Assembly: GCA_003344405.1 (NCBI GenBank)
Contig: NOWV01000020.1
Location: 1-64,000 of the forward strand
From: Trichoplax sp. H2
Lineage: Eukaryota
DNA length: 64,000 nucleotides
Direction of reading: 5' to 3'
The position numbers and the translations under genes were made by a program. Each line of letters starts with the position of its first letter. The stretch's first letter is position 1. Under the pieces are notes generated by a model that had not been told where the DNA came from, searched no databases, and was given only the letters and a program-made list of their open reading frames with translations. Shown in pieces: positions 39,825 to 52,700 of this stretch.

Positions 39825-40325
39825 GTACTAAATTGTTTATACCTTAAAAAATTTGCTCTAGCTTAAAATGTTTAATAAGTAGAGAAGAAAATGTGTCTCG
39901 TAGTCCGTAATAAAAACAATCTCGGCCAGAAAGCTACTGATATTCGACGTGCAAATCGGGATAAAGGGAATGATATATCCTGTAGTATGTCAAAATATCA
40001 AATTATATACTTCTTAATTTATTTCTAGTCTTACTATTAAATAGCTACGGGCTGATACGTGATATGTAATTGCTTATTTATGTACTAAATTGTTTTATCT
40101 CTTAACAAATTTACTCTAGCCTAAAGTGTTTTATATACAAGCCCGTGATAAAAAGATTATACGTTAGCCAGAAGGCTACTGATGTGCGATATACAAACTG
40201 TGATAAAAGGAACGATAAAGCAATAACGAGATATCAAATAATTTCATTTCTTAATTTATTTCTATTCTTGACATTCAATAGCCAGGGCAATGATACTTGA
40301 TATTTATTGTAATTGCTTACTCATG
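39825..40325. repeat. Diverged tandem duplication, ~250-bp unit x2
   Basis: Both units begin GTACTAAATTGTTT (39825, 40082) and share GCCAGAA.GCTACTGAT, TTCTTAATTTATTTCTA and TGTAATTGCTTA. Confidence 0.75.
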
Positions 40326-40571
40326 ATTAAAATCACGAGTATCGGGATCCTAATTACCCATCTTTCAATTTATCTAGTCAGATCGTTAGTATGATATATA
40401 AGCCATGTTAAATGAATATATCATAAAGTACATTATTGGTGAACTAAGTAGTTTATCTCTTAGTTTACTCCATCTTCTCGATAAAATAGTTAGGATGTTC
40501 ATAGGGGGTCTCTATTCCTCACTTTACAGTACAAGTGTACACTGTACTGTATATGTACAGTACTGCACATT

Positions 40572-40584
40572 GTTGCTAAGCAAC
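40572..40584. promoter_or_regulatory. RFX X-box upstream of BBOF1
   Basis: GTTGCTAAGCAAC, a near-palindromic X-box, about 225 bp before the ATG of a ciliary gene. Confidence 0.75.
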
Positions 40585-40807
40585 GGATGTTGTTGCGTGG
40601 ACCATGATAGAGTGTAGAGTGTACTATAGTAACGTAGTTGAATTAAATATCATCTAGTGTGATACAATCACTCCTCAAAATTGAAATCGACGCTAATTTG
40701 ACTTATCGTCAGACCAAATCGTGAACAGAGCTACATTACATAATTTATATTTGACGAATTTAAGGTTTTTTAGATATTAAGTTTACTCAACAAGCCAAAA
40801 TTAAAAT

Positions 40808-43800
40808 ATGCCCAAGAAATCGAAATCCAAGTCAGGTAAAAGAGGCAGCGGGAAGGGTAAAGGAAAAGGAAAAGGAAAAGGGTGAGTAAAATGCTTAATA
40901 TTATAAGTGTACGAGCCGGAATGTTATGGCATTACGAATATCTATTACAGTCGTATAACAATATCATGGTATATAAACTGTAAAGCTCTGAACTACTCTT
41001 AGCTATCGATAGTAAATAACCATAAAAGTACTTTTATAAAGATACCCTTCAAATTTAGCGTAAGACAGTAATCAGATACAGCAAAATTACATTCAGAATT
41101 TTAATATTGAGCTTCCTTTCTCGTGTAACTATTATGGGTAATGATAATCAAATCTATAGAAAGAAAAGCTCTTCCAAAGCTAGCAGAGACACCATAGTTC
41201 AACAAGCAGTTAGCAACGCAAAATTATGGGAATCAAGGCTTGACATAGCAGAGAAAAACAGAAAAGATCTTAAGTAATTAACTTTACATATCAAATTAGT
41301 AATTCTAAACAGAATAACCCATTTACATATATATCTTTACCTGTTGGTAATTATCATTATCTTCACCGTATTTTTTAATTGGGTTAGAGTTAACGTTAGA
41401 GATTTATCAAGTGAAAATGAACTTCTACGAGATAAAATGGCACAGGTAAGAATTTAATATCAAAAATAACTTTTTACAAGCATTTCCAAGTCAATAGCTT
41501 GACATATTCGTGTATTACGTATAATACATGCAAGGAATATTATAGCACTCTTAATGCTAACCGAATCTCATCCAATTCTAAAATGATTTAATAATAACCA
41601 TAAATAGACTGAAAAGGACACCATTGAAGTCATTTCATTCTTAAAGCACCAAGAAGATGTTAAATCTGAAGAAGTAAGCCTCTACTTTAACATAAATTAT
41701 ATTTCGAACTATTTGTTAGCTTTTAAGTTTTCGAATTGGTTTTATTATTTTAAGAACTAAAACTATGCTAGAGATGACCAATTTTGATAATCAATCAGAT
41801 ATTAAGTAGAAATCTATTTTGGTACTTAATTTTAAAGATTGACCGATTAGAACAGCATCTCAAAGATATTCGCAGAGAGGCACGTAAAGATAAAGAAGCC
41901 ATGGTAATAATGTCTAGAGCATTCATACTAAACACTATAATAATATACACATATATACTGTAGTAGTCTTAAAAGTACATTATCACTTTTATCATTTATA
42001 TGTATTTATTAAATTAGATGAAAGATTATTCGCAAAAACTTGACAAAATGGAAGAGGCAATCAATGAGAAAGATCGAGATGTAAGTAATGCTCCATCAGC
42101 TTTTGTTAGGTTCATTTTCACTTACGATTACCTATTCTGATCCAAATATGAAATGGTCCCTTTAGATTAGACTGATGCAGTCGGAATTGAAGCTCGTAAA
42201 AGAATTCCGCCGTAAGCGGGGACAAATGCAAAAGGAACTGGATGAGGTTAATTTCTATTTGTTATAATTCAACAAATCATTACTTCTCAACATTCAGAAT
42301 TCAGTTTCAACATTAGAATAATTTGAAACTATTTCAATCATTAGATTAAAGACAACTTGTACGGTGCGGAAAGACAACATAAACAAACTGTTTCTAAAAT
42401 GGAGCAAAAATTTTTTGAGGAGAAGGTATAATTTAAAAAATCTAGAGCTTTTTGGCAATAATTATAAGTATTAAATGGACAATTGTAAACATTAAATTGT
42501 TTGCGCTCTTGGCAATCACTATAGATTCATTTGCAAGACGAAGCCAATGCGAAAATTGCAGAACTAGCAGAACGAGCTCACAAAGAGGCAGTAAAGTAAG
42601 TGAAAAATTTTTGTTGATTAAAATTGCATTTTCTTTATTAATTCAATACCATGACTACATAATCTGACAGTAAACTGGATGAAACAACAAAATCTGTATA
42701 TAAAGAAAATGTGCGATTAGTGGAAGCACTCAATTATCACGTTAAGGAAGGAAAAGACCTACGCAAAGTCAGTCTATGAGTTATTTCCTCCGCAACTTTA
42801 CGATTACAGTATATAGCTAATTGAATACTTCCTTCTATTAACCAGCAATTGGAGCATGTGCGGGAGGATTATGATGCAATCCATCGTGAAAGAGAGTTAA
42901 ATGACATTATTATGAGAGAGAAAGTAACACAATCTAAACAGCTGCAAAAGCTAGTCAGTGAGGTACGGTAAAGTTTAGCGAAATATTGAACCATTTTATA
43001 ACATTAGTTGACGCTGCATTTCCAATATAGCCTAGAAATATACCATAATAAGATATCTTAAAGCAACATACTAAAACAATACATCTAATTCTATGTAGCA
43101 AAAAGAAAAGGTTCACAATTTAGAATTATCTCTGAGCCATGTTGTAAGAGAATTTGAACACGAACGAGCTAGTCTACATAGCCGAATAGAGCAAGAATTG
43201 GAGGCTAGCAGGTACATTCAGGCCCTTTTATTAATTATAGAGGTGTAATTAAACTACTTTGTGCTGGAATTAAAATATACAGATATACATAGCCAGTGGT
43301 TAACTCAGATGCAATATTTTATGATACCTAATGCGCTATTTACAGAATGGAAAATGAAAAACTCAAGAAAATTTTAGACTTAAAAAATAAAGAATTAACT
43401 AGGATTAAACGACTGGGAAAAAATATATTAGACCAAGTAAGCTAATGAATTCCTCATCACAGTACCGCATACATAGCCGTATTTTAAAAAGATGCAATTC
43501 ATACGTAATACATTAAAGCTAGTTATATGTTGTTTTGCAGAGAACTGAAATGGAGCAGTTCTTTTTAGAGGCTCTGTCACACATCAGAAATGAAATCGTT
43601 AGAAATAGGTATACTCAAGAATTGTTATATATTTTTGTATTTAATTAAATATCTTATTCGACTAAAAGTGGCTTTATGTCTGTAATTTAATAATCGCTAT
43701 GCTTTATCATTTTAGAACGCAATACAAGCATGACGCTCAAACTGTATACAATAGGAAAATGTTAACTGCTCATACAGGAGGAATCAATTATCCTAAAGTT

Positions 43801-44637
43801 AGAACATTCCGGTATGTTTGGTCTATGATAACTACTTTACTCATCTATTCTCGATATGATATAACCTAGCTTGTAGACAAAGTCAATGATTTAATTGCTA
43901 CATCTTTACTTTTTACCATCAGCCCCACTGATACTAGCACAAACAACGTTTATGAAGATTTAGAGAAAGCAAGAGACTGGTAATAATTTATCAGCAAAGT
44001 TACTATAATGTAGAAAGTACTATCGTGCATTACAGATTAACACAAAATAACAAAAGATCTCAATGATGATAAGTAGTCAAAAGCCTTAGATTATATGAAA
44101 AATTTTTGGATTATTTTATTAGGACGCATATGCCCAAAGATATTGATATAGGAGATTTGACATGGGAACAAAAAGAAAAAGTTATTCGATATTTGTTTGC
44201 GAAAATGAATGGTTACAAGGGCAGGTACATATGAGATGAGGCGAAGACTTATCAATCTTTACTAGATCGATTTCTGTAACTTAAATTTAAATATAATTCT
44301 ATACAATTTAAAGGCAAGTAGATCCTAAGTCAAATCAGGAGAAACAAACGAAACTTAGTATTACAAATGGCAAGGAAATTATAAGGTACTCATTACTATT
44401 TAAAATTCTCTTAATTTTTAAAACTTATTTCACTACGACCAGAAAGCGAAACTTTAAAAAGCCGTCTATTTCTATTTTATTAGTCCAATACAAGATGATC
44501 TAAAAGAAATTGATGAATCCGCATTCGATGAAAACGGAACTGCATTCTTAACACAGTATGATCAGACTACGATAGAACAAAACATTTCGCTACCTGATAT
44601 CCGCGATTCGCGTAAAGAAGTTACTACCAAAATATAA
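40808..44637 (+). CDS. BBOF1: Basal body orientation factor 1 (CCDC176), multi-exon coiled-coil protein
   Basis: Spliced translation: MPKKSKSKSGKRGSGKGKGKGK..., NAKLWESRLDIAE, MEQKFFEEK, LAERAHKEAV, RTEMEQFFLEAL, YPKVRTF, IDIGDLTWEQKEKVIRYLFAKMNG, TAFLTQ...TTKI*. These match BBOF1 motifs recalled from memory. The introns checked are GT-AG and keep frame. Confidence 0.92.
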
Positions 44638-45029
44638 TCAATAGATTTAGTTATTTCTATTTGTTGAAATTCCCCACGCTATTTAATGTATAATATGATT
44701 GTAATTTTGTGCTTAAAGGTTACAATTATTGTATAATCAAGCATTCAGACCATGGTGAAGTCTAGGCTCTATACTACTACAAATTGACTTACATAACTTA
44801 AATGGACCAGCAACATCAAATAATAAACTGTATATTGAGCCTGGTGATCTTTAAATTCTAGAATAGTAGCTATAAAATATGTATATAAATGTTTACTTGC
44901 AATTTTTTTACGAAATGCAGCAACCTTCATAACTAATAAAATAACAGGCATAATTTTAACCAAAAATTTTTAAAAAACTTATTTATTGGTAAGGTAACAC
45001 ATTCTTAATAAAAGGATGTTATTACTTGG

Positions 45030-45492
45030 TGTGATGGAGGGTTCGAAGAGTCAGATAATGTGGTTTTAGTTGCCATGCAGAGAATTGCACAAGGAGCTTA
45101 AGAAAAGAGGATACTTTATTGTAGATAGTAGTTAGGTACAGTGTGATAATTACGGTAGGTCAGTGTGGTAGCTGCCGTGAGTAAAGTGTGAATACTAACT
45201 GTAACTAATAATGCAACTTAACAAATCTAAGGTAGAAAACGGCAGCATTTATAGCTATGCATTAGAACACATGCAGAGAACATGATTGTAGGATTAGATA
45301 GAACATATACCATAACAGGTTATAGAATAGCAGATGATTGTAGAAAATAGCGAGGACTGTAATAACTAAATGTATTAAGCCATATTTGAATGTAGAGCGA
45401 ACAGACTGTAGATATGTCTAAATATAAGATCAATACAACATGTCTATATTTAAGAGTAAAGTATAGTTACAGTACATTCTAAATACACTACA
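45030..45492 (+). mobile_element. Solo-LTR-like element (463 bp), distinct family
   Basis: Termini TGTGATG...CACTACA with a perfect TSD CTTGG (45025-29 / 45493-97). Purine-skewed like the other LTR-like elements. Single full copy in the window; orientation is tentative. Confidence 0.65.
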
Positions 45493-46392
45493 CTTGGTAT
45501 GATGGAAGCTTTAAAATGCAGACTACAAATATGTTGGTAAAAGCTTTCGTTCAGACATTGATATCATCTGTGTTTCTGGCCCAAAAATTTATCTGAGTAA
45601 TGCGCTGGTATAAATTGAAAGAAATCAGGCTTAAAATTATACTCGTTCCGGAAAGAGTAAAAAGTTGGCTACCTATGCCATATGTATTTATTGAAACATG
45701 ATTCATCGCTGGATACATAATTTATTATTACAGATGGCTATCCATCAATAAAATCTTATAATAAAGTATATTACAACTTCAGGGATTTTAAATAAGATCC
45801 TCGTATAGGCGCTATTAAGCTATATTAAATGTTCAGAGGGTATCGTACCGAACCGTAATCTATGGATAAAATGGCCTTAATATATCAGAAAATTATTGTC
45901 ACTAGCAATAGTGGCTAGATTGAACGGCTTATCAAATTATTATTATTATCAAGCTGCCAAAATAAGAACAATGTAAATATTTAAGTTTAAAAGCCATAAT
46001 ATTCGCTTCAAAATATCCACGTATGAAGTTATATATTGCAAGTTGCAATATGGTAAAACAACCGTATTCTATAAAAGTATAGGTATGAATGCTTTGAGGA
46101 TTTGGCAGAACGTTCCAATTATATAATTATTGATTGATTGTCCTATTGCTAGTTCGAACTATAACGGCTAATATACACCTACTGAAGATTAGGTTCATCA
46201 GTTTACATAGGTCATTCATACACTGCTTATGTCTCTAGCCATACGAATCAGACACAGTACTGTATTACTATTCGAATAAATCAGTTACATAATAGATGGA
46301 GTATATAGACACTGAGAATACAGAAAAGGCTATAGAGTACCATACTAAAAGGTAGGATCGAATTTTAAGCATGCGCATTATAAATTGCTTTA

Positions 46393-46406
46393 GTATCCAT
46401 AGCAAC
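46393..46406. promoter_or_regulatory. RFX X-box upstream of CFAP61
   Basis: GTATCCATAGCAAC fits the 14-bp X-box type (GTHNYY-AT-RRNAAC), about 305 bp before the ATG. Confidence 0.75.
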
Positions 46407-46709
46407 TAACTCCATCAATGCTCGGCTACAGATTTATCCCAAGTTAAGGTTTAAAATTGTGGAGAAAGTAAACGTAGAATATTACGTCTAAGCATCATCT
46501 GCCGCTATCAAATACTTTGACAAACGCTGGTCTATTACGGTCTGTCATAAACAGCAGCTTTCTACTTTAAAGCCATATAATAACACGAATTCCAATCAGA
46601 CACTCAGCTCCAATTATAAGCGAATTTGCAAGTCATTTCTGCTTACTAACGAAAAATCTAAACTCGATCAAGATAGACATTAAGTATAATTGATTGGTAT
46701 GAGAATAAC

Positions 46710-49700
46710 ATGGCATCTACAAGCAACACTGGTGAATTAGATATAAATGTGCGTCGCACGGAAATATCTGATGCTACAAAGATTATGCAATTATTTAACT
46801 CCTCGACTGAAAAAATTTTTGGCCGCGTTAATGTCGTTCACTTGATGTAAGTATAATATGAGTAGATGTAGTATCCTGCTTAGCTTACACAATATCTTGA
46901 TTCTTCTATTTCTAGAGAAAAATCAGTTCTTTCTATCACTATTACGGATGATCAAGAAACAATGATTGGACAAGCCTCTTTTTATGATTATCCTAATATT
47001 CAGTCACACGTAGTCGAAAGATGGGAAGACTTAATAATCTCCAACCCAAAACTGGCACACTGCTCGGTAATTAAGTCTATACTTAAGTTACAAGATAGCA
47101 ATTTACTTACCTCGAATAACATCTTGATTCATATTATCAATTTTACTCCTTTAGCCTCTAAATACTTTATTCCTTCATCATTTCGTCGCCCTTGAAGGCT
47201 ACGCTAAAGGAGTAGCAAAAGAGATTTTTAAGTAAGTATTGAGCTCTTCCAGAATTTTAATTTTATTGATCACTTGTATAGATCAAGAGTCATTAAACCA
47301 TTTATCTATCTCTTTTTATTCCATCAACATCGTAGGACATTCTTTAATGCGACACCTTACGTTCACTACTGTTTGTTGAGCGTTAAGAAAGGCACAGCTA
47401 TGGGTAACTCAGCTATTCTATTAAAATCTTATGCTTGAAAATTTGTGCTAAAATTGAAGCTGTATTAAATCACATAATCACAATAGGCGATTCCTTAAAT
47501 GAAATTTTTTCGCCGACTGGATTTATCTCAAAGTTGGAGGGAAGTGAATACGAGATATTAATTTGTCACCGTCATGACCATTGCCCAACTTTACATATAC
47601 GCCCTGCAAAGTACGAAATATACGGGAGACAATTTCTCGAATGAATGATTAAATACATATGATTACAAACGCCGTAATTATTTTATCGTACTTTAATAAA
47701 TTAGGGTCGAAGATCATGATGACTTAGTACCCATATTTAATCGGCAGAGTGAAGTTCTAAAAGAAACTTATGGTAAATTTCCTACCAATCCTAAATCCGT
47801 TATTATTATCAATCATTTGATGCTATACTGTACAGTATATTATTTGGAAAATTAACTTAATGCCGCTATTGTTATTACGTACAATCCAATAGGTGATTAT
47901 TTTCTAGCGGAGTTAATAGAAGCTCAAAATGAAAATAACAAGTGCATCGTAGTAGACGTAAGATCGAAAAAATAAGTATTATGAATAAAAGATAGTTATC
48001 AATGTATTATAAGACCTATTAAGTATGTCATTGTTAATCACTTAGGTTAAGGGAACTGCAGTTGGGTTTATGAGTCTGAGTAAAAACGTTAATATAGATA
48101 TATTAACGTCATGCTTTGAGCTATCGCCATTTAATGGTTTGAGAAGACCTCCTGAATTTGATAACGCTGAAAATGACGATGGTAAGCAAGCATCTGAAAC
48201 CGAAGAGCCAACTGATACACCTGCTAAGACATCAAGGTATTGCGACCGATATATATGAAGGAAATATAATCTTGCTGGAATATGATTTCTAACTTAAGAT
48301 TTGATAAATACTAAACTATATTTATTTTAATATCATGGATTGAACAGAGTTACATCGATCATTCAAACCGACGGTAGATATTGAATTATTATCATATCTA
48401 GACCTACAGTATATTGCTCATTAACTCATTTAATGTTTAAATGTTTTTTTTATCGCAATGATCAAAACTTGTCAAAAAATCAGACCATGATTCCAAAAAG
48501 GACGATAGGAAGCATTCCACTAAAGGGTAAGTTAATTTTAATTACTAATTGTTCAAATTTATAAACCTATAAAGAAATACCGCAGGTAGAATTCTAGCTC
48601 GCGGCTCTATAAGCGTTCCCTGTATTTGTTTCATAATGTAACATCCTATTAATGACTTTCAGACTCCATGATATCTTTTCACGTCCACCAACTAGAGGTT
48701 TGTAATTTTTATGTAGTGTAAGACATGAACTAGACGATACTGCCGAATAGCAAGTCTGAAACTAAAGAAAAGTGTGATCTATCTAATCTATAGGAAGTAC
48801 TATAACTATTGGAACAGATACTAGTGACGTACACTTTAAATCAAAACTTGCTGATGTTTATGACGACGATGACGGGTAAATGTGTTTAATAAAGCAATAT
48901 AGCTTAATCTCGCTTATTTTATCAATCTTAACATTATTTTATATCTCAATACTCCTTTCTAACGGATATAAAATTACGATACAAATTTATAGAAGTTCTT
49001 TTGATGGCAGTGAGGAATTCTCTGAGCACAGTGGCTCAGAATCAGTCCAGGTACATAAATATTTCTAGAAAATTGTGTTTTCGAATCACTAACTTCGGCA
49101 TGAAAAATGCCTTTAAATTTTAGTCACTAAGATCACGGAATGATATGGAAGCTCAAGCTCTGGTGAGTTAAAAAATATATCTGTAATTATTAAGCACTAT
49201 ACACTAAATCTATTATCTTTAAAGAGTTTTGACACATTCTTCGTTAATACATATACGCTAGCAATCAATGCACGGAAAATTTAAAATACTTTTTTGTTAC
49301 AGGATATAAAAGGAATTGATCGCGCATCTAGTGCACCAGTCTACCAAGGAACTCCGTCCGTTATTTGCATTCAATTATATTGTATAGACGAAAAGTATGA
49401 AACAAGGTAAGTCGATTATTAAAGGGTAGTATATAACGGCATTTAATTATAATCACTAATGACTGAAATTGAATATAAAAACAGATCACTAGACTTCATT
49501 ACAGCGGCTTTTGATTTCTTCCCGGTATGTACCCTTAATTTAAAATTTTTATCCTGCTATTTGATATCTAATTTGACAAAATTAATAATTTTATGGACTA
49601 GAATTTCGATTATTGCGTCATCACTGTACCACATTTGGTTCCGGAATTTCCTTTACTGCAACATTTCACGGTAAGCTAGGAACCGTAATTTAGAAAGCAT

Positions 49701-52700
49701 ATTGTAGAAATGGCTGATTTCTAAATATTTTACGCAGAGAGTAACTCCTAAGCCTAGAAGTACCTTTCCTCAAGAACTCTATCTTTTTCATCACTATGGT
49801 TTAATCAAGTAAATAGTAAATCACAGCATTTGAAATGATGTAAAAGTCCGTGATCTAACGTTCATCTACTTTATTGTTTAGCTCCATGAAAGTCAGAAAC
49901 GTAAAAGTCGAAGATGTTGAAACTATTTCTAAACTTGTACAAAACACAACAGGCAAAGACATGCTACTAAGGTATTAAAATACCGTGCACATTCATGAAA
50001 TGATCTTGTTAATTCCCACTAATCTTCCATCAATCTGATCACTTTCTAATAGGGACATTAATTTATACAACATGGCTCGCCGCGATCCGGTGAGTTGACA
50101 ACCTTTATCTTTAACATCAAAATATTAAAATATTGCCTTAAAATTTATTATACTGATTTGATCCTAAGTATTTGGTAGAACGACTTACAATGACTTAATA
50201 GATTTTAGCAAAATTTCCAAAATTGTTTATTTTAAAACCATTAAACACAAGCCTTGAATAATGTTAAATAAATAAATTTAACTATATTACCAGGATGGAA
50301 CAGACATCAAAGCCTATGTTGCTGTCTGTCTAAATCAACCTGTAGGTGTTGCAGTTATTAGAAAGGAAGAGGTAAAGATTTATATGATATTAAAAATAAA
50401 TGGCGAGTTGCAATGCAAATGTTAGCCAAATTCAATGCTAATGACGCTTTCCAATTTCATATTACTTTCAGAACATAGAGTATATTCGATCCCACTACAA
50501 CATCGAAGATTTTATTTATTATAATCATTATATGAGGGAGGAACACGGCCACTTACATCACTTCGTCTTGAATCCCATCTACTCCCACTTTTCCAAATAC
50601 TTTATTCAGGTAATAATCATCTACCGGTTAAGAAATTTATAAGCAGTTGCAGATCAATACTGGTAATCAAAAATTACTTAATAATTTTTATGGGGTATAC
50701 ATTTCAACTGGAACTTTAAGATTGAAAAGCTGCGATACTTCGCGAATAATTATCGAGACAGAGAAAAGTAAATCTTAACCTTGATATTCTCTCTATTAAT
50801 TAGGAAATTTTGCGATTATCGAAGAAGAATGCTATTTATTACCCGATATATCCACCGTATGTTCAGTTAAACGAAACCAAGCCTCATTCATTAGCATCAT
50901 GTTTAGCTAACATGGTGCCCATTAGGTATGGAGGATGAAAACTGCTTTTACCTTGTATTCATATTCTATCAGCATTTGATACCATAACCATGAATGACTT
51001 TGTCTAATTAGGGCTCGAAGACAAGTTCAATACGCAGTCGATGAATTAAAGCATAACGCTCCGTCTAATCGAATTTTGCAACAAATGGTAATCAAGACCA
51101 AGATGCAATTACAATATTAACATTAGTTTGGTCTAATGAAACAATATTAAATTAATTAAATCCTTTGTTATTATATCGCAGGATAACTACATGTTGTTTC
51201 ACATTAATAAGAAGTTGGTCATGGAACCAAAGATTACGATTAATGCCAGAATCATCGTTGTTGGAGCATCTGATGTGGGTGTATCTTTCCTGGAAAAACT
51301 TATTTTTAGGTACTGTAGTATAGGCTAATATCCATAGAACTCAAACTTTTAGCCCAGCTTCTTTTAAAATGTAATAGAACGATCCTTGAATATTTTATTT
51401 AGCCCCCACATGAGATTTAACAATCTCAAACTGATCAGCCCTAATGGCATTCCAGGCCAACTAAAACCTAATTCGTTAAGGAATCAATTTTTAGCTGACA
51501 GGTAAGATATATGAGTAATAGCCACGTATTTAATATTAATAAAGATCTACAAATATATATATAAAATTGATGAGTTTAAATGGCTTAATCTGATTTAGCT
51601 ACTGTTATACGCAACAAAACTACGACCAGATCGCTTTACATTCATGGGTTAGCGTTATAAAAGGAGATGTCAAAGCCATAAATAGGTTAAAAATCAGCAA
51701 AGATGAATACTATGCAGTTCTAACTATACATTTATCTTGTAAACATTTAAGTGCTGCACTGCTCAATCTACTTAATTAAACCTTAACAAATTTGCAATAT
51801 AATACTGAAGTAAGTTTATTATTCTTAATTACAATCAATCTTATATTAGGAAAAGTAAATATGTGGTGGTAGGAAACGATACGAAAGTCATGTATGATCA
51901 TTTAATCTTGTGTACTGGCTGCCGCTACCAATATTCATGCCCTACTGGTGTTAATGTCGATGAGAATGTCGTAAACAACGAAACTACTGTACCTTATCGA
52001 TATTTCGGACCAAAATATAGCAATATTTTCACATTAAATGATCAGTTCGATTGTCAAGCATTTCTTGATTGGTTAGAAGAACAAGACTTTATCAATCGTC
52101 GAGGTATATTTTACTTAGGTTGCTATAGCTATTAAATAATTTTTTATCTGCATAATATTAATTTAGCTATATTAATAATACTCGTAAATATCAGTAGAGA
52201 TAGGTATCAATTACGTCTTGTTCACTCTATTAGCTCATAGTTACAATGCTTTAAAACTCATAATTAGGCAATTTTTCCATTTGCACTTATAGGTAATGTT
52301 AACTCAGCCTTCTTAATACTCGTAAAAATTAGTAGAGATAGGTATCAAGTACATCTATCTAATTCAACTAATTAGTTCATGGCTACAGTACTTTGAAACT
52401 TCATAATTGCATAATACAATTATCAAACATTAATTAATATAAGGAGCTAGATGATTCTAGAGACGATTGTTATATTAAAACTATATCATATTGCCAAATT
52501 TATTTCAAAGCAATTATAATTCGTTAGCCAATAAACGAGTCTTATAAATTGTCTAAATAACACCAATAGTGGTACAGCTTCCCTTTTGCTATGGTATCAT
52601 AGAGTTAAACTTGTTATTATTATGTAATTATTTATGATTTAATATTACACGATATTTAATGTGGACGATGCATGCAGTAATGAATAATTCCTTTTCTATT

